NCBI GenBank assembly: GCA_030264375.1
Contig: JASCQW010000109.1
Span: 43,896,666 to 43,960,665 of the forward strand
Length of the DNA: 64,000 bases
Source of the DNA: Carcharhinus longimanus
Taxonomy: Eukaryota
Direction: 5' to 3'
A program made the translations under genes and the position numbers. Below the pieces are notes generated by a model. The model was not told the DNA's origin, made no database searches, and saw nothing but the letters and a program-made list of their open reading frames with translations. Shown piece by piece: positions 12,860 to 23,590 of this stretch (position 1 is its first letter; the number at the start of each line of letters is the position of its first letter).

Positions 12860-14230
12860 AAATAATATGAAATAGGGGCAAGCATAAGCCATTTGGCCCT
12901 TCGAGGCTGTTCTTCCATTCAGTAAGATCATGGCTAATCTACTATCTCAATTCTATCTTCTCATATCCCCTAATTTTCTTAGTACCTAAAACACATATCA
13001 ATCTGCCTTGAAAAGACTCAACGGATAAGCATCCACAGGGATAAGGAATTCCAATCCTTTAATTGAAAAACATTTTCCTCAACTCTGCAGGGGGACTAGT
13101 TTCTCCAGCCTCCCCACAGCGCATTTCTCACAGCGGGAGGTGATGCACCATTTTGGATCTTCTGGTCCCCCTGCTGTCGATAAGATTTCCTACTGACTGC
13201 AACCTGCAGTGGGGGGTGCGTCGCGGTTGGGCCAGCTACTGCGAACAGCCAAAGAATTTTCGTCTTAAATGGCTGAACCCTTATTCTGAGACTGTGACCC
13301 ATTGTTCCAGATTCTCCAGCCAAGAAAATACTCTCACAGCATCTATTCTTTCAAGTCCCTTAAGAAATTTGCATATTTTAATTAGGTAACTTCCCANNNN
13401 NNNNNNNNNNNNNNNNNNNNNNNNNNNNNNNNNNNNNNNNNNNNNNNNNNNNNNNNNNNNNNNNNNNNNNNNNNNNNNNNNNNNNNNNNNNNNNNNATTC
13501 TTCTAAACTGCAGCTAATATAGATATAGTCTACTCGATCTCTCCTCATAGGACTTCCCATCATCCCAGAAACCAGTCTGATAAATCTTTGTTGCACTCAC
13601 TACAACAAGAAAATCCTTCCTTAGATAAAGAGACCAAAACTGCCCTAAACAATAGGTCTGGCCTATACAATACACTGCAAAATTGGAGCAACACCTATTT
13701 TATGCTCCAATCCCTTTGTAACTAAAGCGAACATATTACTCACCTTTCTAGTTCATTGCTGTATCTGCATTAACTTCCTAATTTATGTACAAGAGCACCA
13801 GGTCCCTTGGAATACAAATATTTCCCAGTTTCTCACCATTCCACAAAAAGTTAAATTTAAAAGATACTTCCTACTCAAGTGGAGAACTTCACACCTCTCC
13901 ATTTTCACTGTATACTAATACATGTGACAATAATAAATTAAAATGATTTCAGCTGCCAAGTTCTTGGCCACTCATCTACTTGTCTATATCTCTCTGCAAT
14001 CTTTTTTGTATCCTCCTTATTGCTTACTTTTCCACCAAACTTTGCATCATCAATAAACATGGATCATTACATTCAGTGCCCTCAAAGTCACCACTACGGA
14101 TTGTAAATTGCCGAGGGCCAAGTGCTGATCCTTGTGCCTGTTAATCTGACAACCGAAAAAGTTATGTTATTGCGAATCGATTTTCTGTCAATTCCCAACC
14201 GATGTTATTGCCCTCCCAATCCCATGAGTC
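12860..14230 (-). mobile_element. decayed CR1 LINE 3' part, interrupted by a MITE-like insert, an N gap and a Rex1 tail
   Basis: Reverse complement of the CR1 3' region (AAGATCATGGCT; C-terminal RT-like sequence). Confidence 0.65.
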
Positions 14231-14265
14231 CGATATAAATATTATTTTCGTTAAGTATCACAGAA

Positions 14266-14936
14266 CTTGAGTGTTGCTGAAAAAAAAGAGACGTGCTATC
14301 AAAACGTTTCACCTTGCACTCATCAGGACAACTCTCAGGATAAGCAAGCAGTAAAAGGTATAACAATTTCTACTGCATAAGAGTGCTGATTGGTAGAGAT
14401 TGAATTTTGTTCAAATTCTAACCAGGTAGGTCAACTCTGATTGGTCAAGGAATTGCCATGGAGAATGAACAAAGGAATGGTAATACCCCAAGGTTTTGTT
14501 CATAATCCTATTTGTGCTATGATTTGCACCAAAACCAATTTAAGTTTATAAATTGGGCTTGCAGTGTGGCTTACTTACATGTGCTAGAAGCCACTTATGT
14601 TCACAAAGAGGGCCTTGTGTCCTTTACAGACAGAAGGAGCTTACCCACGCATTGTGCCTTTTTCAACAAAAGTGAACAACCATTCCCTGGTTCACTCCCC
14701 ATGATAATACCTTGGCCAGAATTGACCCACCTGGTTTGAATTTGAATGAAAGCTAGGCAGTTAATAGTGCTCTCCTGCATTCTCCATGGCAATGCTTCCA
14801 CCAGTCAGAACCCACTTGCCAACCAATCAGCACTCTTGCCATGCAGTATAAATTATTGTTCCATTACAGTTGCTTTATCTTGCACAGTGCAAAATAAAAC
14901 ACTTCAACAGCATGTCTCTTTTTTCAGCAATACTTA
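14266..14936 (+). mobile_element. Penelope-like element 3' fragment with an inverted pseudo-LTR
   Basis: ~200 nt imperfect inverted arms; the centre translates as FKFINWACSVAYLHVLEATYVHKEG/LYRQKELTHALCLF, a GIY-YIG C-terminal signature of PLEs; hammerhead core on the minus strand at about 14295-14332. Confidence 0.7.
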
Positions 14937-16436
14937 AATACGGTTTACTTAAAAGCATTTTAAAACACTATTCACATAGAGCACTTACATATAAATATTC
15001 TACAGTATTATAATTTACATGAAAGTTTCATGATAACTAATTCATTTAAAAGGGGTCCTTCAAACAAAAATTGAGAACCAAGGTGCTAGTGATCACGTTT
15101 GCTTGGGTTTTAACGCTGCAAAACTTCACTAAGGTTTCATCCACTTTTTAAAAATTGCTTATATTTTACAGTGGAAGGCTGGTGAAAAGTTCCTAAGACT
15201 CATGGTGTGCAAATTTCCAAGTTTGTTTATAGTAAGTTGTATCGACTTCCAAGAGAAATTCTTTAAAGCGACTAGCTCATTTTGTATTCAGCCAGCTTTC
15301 CAGTTCTAGTAACTTGTTTTTTTTTTCACAAAATCCAGAGCTTTGTTACTTATTTAAATTTATTAAGTACCATCTATATTTACATATTACAATGCCACTT
15401 TTTCCAAGATGGCAAAGGATGTTACTAGGTATTTGGCAGGGGTTACACATCCCCTTTTTGATCATAATGTATCCCTCTTTTCAGTTCTTTTCTATATTGG
15501 TTTACGCTCTACTGAGACAACAAGGAGTCTAGAGAAGGAAGACACAGGTGCTGATCTTACAGTAAGTCAGGGGCTTTCTGGTGTTGTCAGACTTTTTACT
15601 GCTTTTGGTCAAGAGCAGAGTAGGATCACAAACCCAGGAGTGGGATGAGCAAGTGAGGAGTGGGTTGATGGGTTCAGGAGGCTGGTGAAAGGGTTGGCTG
15701 AAAGGAAGGTACCAAGTATAGGCACAGGGCACCCCATTCCATCCCATCTATTTGGCCAATGTCAATAAAGAATGGACTAGCCACCTTCATTCTGCATTAC
15801 GCTGTTCAAGGTGGCCAAGACAGAAACAGGTCCTTACTTGTCCAGTTAAGGCTCTGAACAAGCCCAAGGGTGAGTGGTTCGCATGATCTCCTGCCTGCCT
15901 ACCATATTATAGGGGAACAACTGTGGATTAGGCAGGAGGATCTACCAAGGTAGCCACCCATTCTGTTTTATGTGTCTACCCACTGCTTACAAATACACTG
16001 GAGGCTGGGGCAAAAAATCCCAGCACCCTTAGGACTTAGGATATCAAATCTGTTGATCTTTAAGAGTTTGCCCCCTGATCTGACAACAGGGGCATTGCTG
16101 CTCAAGCAATGAGTAAACTATGAACACTAAACGTTACTGTATTAAGAAACAACTGTTCATGTACAAGCCTCGTCTGTTTCAATTTAGAGTACAGGTGATC
16201 CAAAAGATGTTCCATCATCTTCAATCCTACACCAAGCAATTAGTAATGGAAGAATTCAGAATTTTGCGCAGATTTGGTGATTTTTCAGTATTGAGGAGAC
16301 TGTCGCCCGTCTGCGAGTTGACCGGTCGTTTATTTTTACACCAAATTAAAGTCCCTGGTGCGACATGATGCACAGAAGCTGACTGATAGCCGGGTTGCTG
16401 TGAACAATGTTTAACGGATGCNNNNNNNNNNNNNNN

Positions 16437-17025
16437 AGGCGTACGATGTGTTAGCTTTTATTCATAGAGGGATTGAGTTTCGGAGCTATGAGGTCATGTT
16501 GCAGCTGTACAAAACTCTGGTACAGCCGCACTTGCAGTATTGCTTACAGTTCTGATCACCGCATTGTAGGAAGGATGTGGAAGCATTGGAAAGGGTGCAA
16601 AGGAGATTTACCAGGTTGTTGCCTGGTGTGGTGGGCAGGTCTTATAAGAAAAGGCTGAGGGACATGTTTTCATTAGAGAGAAGAAGGTTAAGAGGTGACC
16701 TATTAGAGGCATTTAAGATGATTAGAGGATTGAATAGGGGTGGACGGTGAGAGCTTTTTCCTCGGACGAAGGTGGCTAGCATAAGGGGACATAGCTTTAA
16801 ATTGAGGTATGATAGATGTAGGACAGATGTTAGAGGTAGATTCTTTACTCAGAGTAGTAAGGGCATGGAATGCCCTGCCTGCAACAATAGTGGACTCACC
16901 AACATTAAGGGCATTTAAATGGTCATTGGATAAACGTAGGGATGATATCGGAATCGTGTAGGTTTCACAGGTCGGCGCAACATTGAAGTCTGAAGGGCCT
17001 GTACTGTGCTGTAATGTTCTATGTA
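16437..17025 (+). mobile_element. CR1 LINE 3' end
   Basis: LYKTL..PHL.YC.QF-like RT C-terminus followed by the CR1 3'UTR ending TGTAATGTTCTATG. Confidence 0.85.
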
Positions 17026-17504
17026 CACTATTTTTTCCTTTGCTTCCCTTTTCAGCCTGGGATACGATTTATCTTGGTCTCGTGATTTATTCACTTGCAT
17101 GTATGTTCATACCTTAATGTTTTCTCCCTCTGTGTGTTTATCATGCTTATCCAATATTTCATAGACCTCCTCCCTACAATGTCTGCTTTGTTCCTATCTT
17201 TTGTGAAAACAGGTTTAAACTATTCGATGAGAACCTTGTCCATGTCTCTCACCTTCTCACAAGTTACCTTTTTAAGCAGCTAATTGGGTGTACTATCCTT
17301 TAGATATTCTCGTTCTGTGTTTATACAACTACCTGATTGCTTTCTGCAGCCTAAGTTCTTTGCATCTGATGCAAGCTTTCTTATCCTACTCAGTATGCTG
17401 TTTGACTTCTGGGTGGGTAGGGGGTAGGAGGTGGGAGGTGTGGGGTTGGAGGAAAAAGAGTGGTGCAGTTGGAGTAGATTTTTTGAGTCCCATCCTGTCT
17501 TTGT

Positions 17505-17758
17505 CATGAGGTTTGGGATTCAAGTCCCACTCCAGATTAGTTCTCCAGCACAGTATGGTGTCATTTTTCAGTTGAAATGTTAAGAGGCCCCATCTGCCTA
17601 CTAAAGTGGATGTAAAACATCCCATGGCATTATTTTGAGGACGAGCAGGGGAATTAAACCGTGTTCTGGCTAATCTTTATTCTTGTGTCAACTTCACAAA
17701 AATAGATGATCTGGTCATTATCACATTGCTGATGGTGGCAGCTTCCTGTGTGCAAATT
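17505..17758 (+). mobile_element. Deu-domain SINE (SacSINE1/AmnSINE1-like)
   Basis: GTGGATGTAAAACATCCCATGGCATTATTTTGAGGACGAGCAGGGG resembles the Deu core; related copies at about 30130-30490, 36040-36200 (-) and 60520-60705. Confidence 0.6.
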
Positions 17759-17759
17759 A

Positions 17760-18136
17760 CATGAGGACAGCCTCAACCGGGATCTTGGGTTCATGTCATG
17801 CTATCTGTAACCCCCACAACTTGCCTGGGCTTGCAAAATCTCACTAACTGTTCTGGTTTGAGACAATACACATCTCTTTAACCTGTGCATGTCCCTCTCT
17901 CTACTCAGATTGTCTGTACCTTTTAAGACTAGATTACCTATAAATACTCACATTCCAATTATTATCTTGTAAATTGAGTTTGTGTCTATAAATGTCGTGT
18001 TCATGAACACAAGTCCTCACTCACCTGAAGAAGGAGTGACACTCCAAAAGCTTGTGCTACCAAATAAACCTGTTGGATTTTAACCTGGTGTTGTAAGACT
18101 TCTTACTGTACTTACCCCAATCCAACACCGGCATCA
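17760..18136 (+). mobile_element. Penelope-like element 3' end / pseudo-LTR
   Basis: HEDSLNRDLGFMSCYL* (PLE ORF end, GLNRD.GF motif); decayed hammerhead CTGAAGA-AGGAGTGACACTCC-aAAA at 18025; AATAAACCTGTTGGA tail. Confidence 0.75.
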
Positions 18137-18186
18137 TCAACACAAGTGGTCAGCAGAGGCAAGACCAGTGCTGGATAATCGTTTTT

Positions 18187-18332
18187 AACTTTAAAGTTTA
18201 TTTGTTAGTGTCACAAGTAGACTTACATTAACACTGCAATAAAGTTACTGTGAAAATCTCCTAGTTGCCACACTCCAGCACCTGTTCGGGTACACTGAGG
18301 GAGAATTTAGTGTAGCCATTACACCTAACCAG
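18187..18332 (-). mobile_element. shark SINE 3' half
   Basis: Reverse complement of the GATTTTCACAGTAACTT tail. Confidence 0.75.
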
Positions 18333-18414
18333 AGGTGACCATGCAAGAGGGTGAATGAACTCTAATCCTAAAACCCAGCTTTTAATTAGAATCAATTCCA
18401 ATTGAAGCAACTTC

Positions 18415-18753
18415 ACACAGTGGTTAGCACTGCTGCCTCACAGCACCACCAGGGACCTGGGTTCAATTCCAGCCTTGGGTGACTGACTGCGAGTCTACAC
18501 CTTCTCCCCATGTCTGCAAGGGTTTCCTCCGGGTACTCTGGTTGCCTCCCAAACTGCAAAGATGTGCACATTAGATGGATTGATCGTGATAAGTTGTCCC
18601 TTAGTCTCAAGATGGTTAGGTGGGTTAGCCATGGTAAACGTGTGGGGTCACAGGGATAGGGCAGGGAAGGGAGCCTGGTTAAGACAAACTGTCAGAGAGT
18701 CAGTGCATACAAAATGGACGAATAGCCTCTTTTGCATAGTAGGGATTCTATGA
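18415..18753 (+). mobile_element. HE1-like SINE with CR1-derived tail
   Basis: CACAGTGGTTAGCACTGCTGCCTCACAGC head; GGGATTCTATGA tail. Confidence 0.8.
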
Positions 18754-19409
18754 AGACAGATAGATTTTTGGACATTGAGGGATGGGATAAGGTGGAGCTC
18801 ACATGGATGATCAGACCTGATTGTGTTGAATTGGTTTATGCTGAAGAGGCTGTTGTGATACACGTGAACTGCCTTCTCCCTACCATGACCTAGCTGGATG
18901 TTACTACCCTCACACACTGCTTGGTTCCACATGTAATCTGTTTGCCCATAGGCAATCTCTGGCAATGGTTCCTGTCCCTGCTATTAAACCATCACTTCTG
19001 GAGATCCTTCTTCCAAGTATCCACCCTCAGCACCTCCTAGAAATGCTCATTCTAGTTAAAGGCATACCTGGAGGTTCAATCACTTCAAGTCTGTTCATGT
19101 AAAGTCTGCATTTAACTTATAATGAATGGTTGAATCTTCTGTAGTTGAGCATCTTTGCTTGCGGTTTCATGGCAGCAGTTTTTGTGTGAGAAATACCAAG
19201 AGCCAGGAGCATTCCTGTGAGCAAGAGAAAAAGGGAAACAAAGGATGAAAAAGAAGTGGGGGTGAAGGGAGATGGGGTGGGGGGGTGCAGGGATTAGCAT
19301 GAAAGAAATCATTGGTAAGCAGAAGTTTGACTCCATCAATAACTAATAGTAACTCACTAAAAATAGTAATTACTAGTAAATAATTAATATTATTCTCCTA
19401 AACAACAAC

Positions 19410-19752
19410 ATGTAGGAGGTCCTGCAATGGGTAGCAACCCTATCTCTGAGCGAGAATCTGCAGGTTCGAGTCTAACCACAGGACTTGATGGCTAAAGAAG
19501 ACGTGTCATAACACGGCCAACAGGTTAAGCATCAATTGGCAAAATACTTTCAACACACCAATGGCAAGTGGTAAGAAAGGGAGAGAGTCCTGGCCAGCCA
19601 TGCTTGGTGTGGCGTGGCACTCCTCAAGCTATCAGNNNNNNNNNNGGCTAGAGACATGCTTCCAGTAAAATCTGTCTGTTGGAACAGATCAAAGTCTACT
19701 TTGTGCACCACTGGGTGCAGCAAGAGAAACAACAACAAAACAAACAACAACA
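19410..19752 (+). mobile_element. probable tRNA-derived SINE of a different family
   Basis: B-box-like GGTTCGAGTC at about 19463 and a (CAA)n tail. Confidence 0.4.
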
Positions 19753-22347
19753 TGTATTTATATGGCACCCTGAAAATATACCAAAGTGCTTCACAGGAAT
19801 GATATAAAGCAAAAGTTGACATTCAGCCAGATAGGGAGATAGTGGGGAAATTAGTAACAGCTTGATTGAAGAGGTAAGTTTCAAGAAGTGTTTTAAAAAA
19901 ATGAAAGATAGGCTGAGAGGTTTCAGAAGGAATTTAATACCTTAGGACCATGGCACTGAAGGCATGGTCACTAATGATGATGATGCACTTAAAGTCAAGG
20001 ATGCTCAGAAGGCTTAAATTAGAGAAGTGTAGATATTTCAGTGGGTTTATACCCACTGGTCAGGAAAGGCCTTGTGTATACCATCGGACACCATATGTTC
20101 CCTCTCCAGGGCTACCCTGCTGCGAACGCAGCCATGGTAGAGGAGCAACAGTTAGAGTCAGGCGACCCCCTTGATCTCCTGCTGCTTGGACCTGGTGATG
20201 GCCACCCTGGCCCAGCCAAGGAGCAGGTTTATGAGGAGGATCTCCTCGTTCCCACCCCACCCCCACCTTCAGCCTCACCCTGCGCCAAACACCAACCAAA
20301 AATCAGGAGCGTGGGGCTGAAGTGCAGCCAGAAATTAAGGAGTAGCCACTTCATATAATGGAAAAAGGGGCTCAACCTCTGGCTATCTAAGTACATGTGG
20401 AACACAGATTCCCCTTGGCCACTATATGTATATCAAACAACTACCTTAATCTAGGATTGCCTGGCACTGCTGCACACAACACCCTTCACGCCAGATCCCC
20501 GGCGGAAAAAGGGAGGACTCCTGCATATAGCGTCCTCTACTGGGAACAACCCCCACCACAAGACAGTAGGACAGAAAGTATGGTGTGTCCTGGTGGTGGA
20601 GGAAGGCAAGGAAATGAAGGATGTGCAGCAGCAAACTGGTATGATGTTGCCTGCATGTCAAAGTAATGTAAAGGTGCTCAGCAGAACAAGGGTTACCATG
20701 GACTAGAGATGGGATGATGTAGTGAGTTACATGGTAATGAACCTGAGGGAACAGTTTGAATCAGCTCTGTAAGCAAGCAGCCATGGTGAACAGCGCTATG
20801 TATGATAATAACTTGGGAACTGCAAATAGTTAAAGACTACCAATAAACGGTTCATGTTTAAACATACAAGTCTCAAGATCTCATCATAGAGGTATCGTCA
20901 TGCACTGTATTACAACGTATCTGGCAGGGATGGGAGCTCCTGACAGATATCACATCACAGTTAGTAACATAACCTGACATGGTGGCCCACAATGATATGA
21001 AAATTGGCATGAATGCATGAAGCCAGAATGATATCCCAAAGTATGAAAAACTGATACCAAATTAGAGAGATGTGTACACAAGAAAACATGAAAAAATTGA
21101 AGAAAATGGCGAGAAGCCAAGTGATACAATTCACAAGACAATAAACAAGAAACTATTTTTTAAAAAAAGCTGTACTTACATTGTAGAGTAGGTGGTAGTC
21201 CAATGGGCACAGTAGTAGTAGGTGGAAGCTGAAAGACAGCTGCAATAAAAATAAACTTATAAAAACAAGGCAGGTGGAGCAGAGGAAAATCAACAGAAAA
21301 AAAGGCTGGCAGAATTAAATGTGGGAATCTGCAGAGCACTGTAAAAAATGAAATGTTTCTACAGAACTACAACACACTCTGAATACCTTCCAAACGTTTT
21401 GGAGGTGCTGAAATCTTAGTTTTGGAAAACACTCTAAACTGAAGCTTCAAAATTTCTCATTTAAAACAAGGAAAGCACATTTTGTCCCAAACAAAGGCAG
21501 AGGCATAATAAATTCCAAGCCCAGTGCAACGCAAAGGACTGAGACACCCTGTATCTTTATTGATGCATTGATGGCAATATACAACACCTGCAAAGCTTTT
21601 ACAAAGATCTGTCCATCACCAGGACCTAAAAAAAGAGGGAAGCCAACTGTAACCTGGCAACAACAGCCTGTGTGAAGAAAATAGTCATTGCACTCAATCT
21701 AAAGAGGTAACAACATTTAAACAGTAAATACAAGGAAAAATAAAAAGCTATGGACGGCAAATTAGAAGGGATCCCATGGAGTGGGCATCTCTGCCAAAGA
21801 CAACAAGAGACCCAGAAAAAGGGTAACTCCACTGAGGATAACAAGGGACTCCAAAGAGAGGGGCAACATCATTGAGGGTAACAGGAGACCACAGAAAGAG
21901 GGAAGCTCCACTGAAGGCCCAAGAGCAAGGACAGCAAGAAAATAAACAGTTGATTAACCTTCAGGGTCAAATGTAAAAGGAAAGCTTGACCATTTAGCAA
22001 AATGAGGAAATGAAGATTGTCTTAAACAGCAGAATGGAAGCACAGCTGAAGACACTCGAGATGACTCTACTGAATTACAGGAAAGCTGAAGATGAAGTAT
22101 GCAAGCTTCATGAACAATAAAAAACCTGTTGAAAGACCCTCCAATGCTACAAGAATTTCTTAGATCGAAGTTTATTCCTCTGGGAGATTACAAAGAGAAG
22201 CAAAATGACTTCAACATCACTCAGAACGTGCTGCAGAACCAGTTGGCAGAGGACACTCAGCAATGTCCCATATCCCTGGAGGAAAATGAGAGCGACATGA
22301 AACTGAAAAGCTGAAGAAGTAGTTGAATGGTAGAGGAGGCAGATGGA

Positions 22348-22655
22348 GTGGCACAGTGCACAGTGGTTAGCACTGCTGCCTCACAGCTTCAGGGACTGGG
22401 GTTCGATTCCCAGCTTGAGTCACTCTCTGTGTGGAGTTTGCACGTTCTCACCGTCTGGGCGTGGGTTTCCTCCGGGGCTACTGGTTTTCTCCCGTAGTTC
22501 AAAAGACAAGTGGTTAGGTGCATTGGCCATGATAGATTCTCCCTCAGTGTACCCGAACAGGTTCCAGAGTGTGTCAACTAGGGGATTTTCACAGTAACTT
22601 CTTTGCAGTGTTAACGTAAGTCTACTTGTGACTAATCAGTAAACTTAAAACTTTA
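22348..22655 (+). mobile_element. shark tRNA SINE nested in the LTR element
   Basis: Same head and tail as the other copies. Confidence 0.8.
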
Positions 22656-23282
22656 TTTTTAAGAAGGAGATGAAGTAGAACTTTCCAAGCTGTGGATAAT
22701 GCAGCCAAGAATAGCACAATTACAGAACTGAAACAAGTTAAGACTTTACCAGAGATGGACCCGATCAACAGTGAAATCAAAATGAAGGGCAGGGATAACA
22801 AACAGACAGAAATATGATCAGAAAATGTAAATCCAACTCTGCAGCACAAGGAATTAGAACAAAAAACTGAACTGGACGAACAGATTCACTAGCTTTGCAA
22901 CCAGATGTTTGGCTGAGATTGTGAAACAAGTGGACATGAAGGTTCCATTTGCAAAATGATACACCCAGCAAGAACATTGCGTAAACCACGGAGAAAGAAA
23001 ATTCGAGTACACTCCAGGAATGAACGGAGTGCACATTCCCCTTAAAAGGAATAGGAAGGACCCAACGTCAAATGGAGATATCGAAGTAGTACCGGAAACA
23101 GAGTTACAGCTGATATTCCTCCGAATGTGACAGACCAAAATGAGGAAGAACTGTCAAGCCTCAAGACTGTCAGAATTTATAAAGTCAGAGACTTGAGATG
23201 GGGAGCAAGGACAGCAAGTAAAAATTGTATTGTAATACCCATTAGAAGGAAGGAAAGTTTTCTTTAGAGAAGACACATGTAT

Positions 23283-23590
23283 CTTAGAATCTCTACAGTA
23301 CAGAAGGAGGCCATTTGACCTATGGAGTCTGTGCTGACCACTATCCCACCCAGACTCTATCCCCGTAACTCCACGTTTTTGCTCTGCTAATCTCCAGACA
23401 CTAGGTTCAATTTAGCATGGCCAATCAACCTACACTTTGGACTGTGGGAGGAAATCAGAGCACTCAGAGGAAATCCATGCAGACATGGAGAGAATGTGCA
23501 AACTCCACAAAGACAGTCATCTGAGGTCGAAATTGAAACCAGGTCCCTGGCGCTGTGAGGCAACAGTACTAACTACTATGTCACCATGCC
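23283..23590 (-). mobile_element. HE1-like SINE nested in the LTR element
   Basis: Reverse complement of the head and CR1-type tail. Confidence 0.8.

Noticed and set aside
15409-16276. Dynein heavy chain-like (LF.H...LFS.L) or ankyrin-like (ILHQAISNG) resemblance in the hidden exons
   Set aside because: Too short, and not supported by neighbouring exons; no family assigned.
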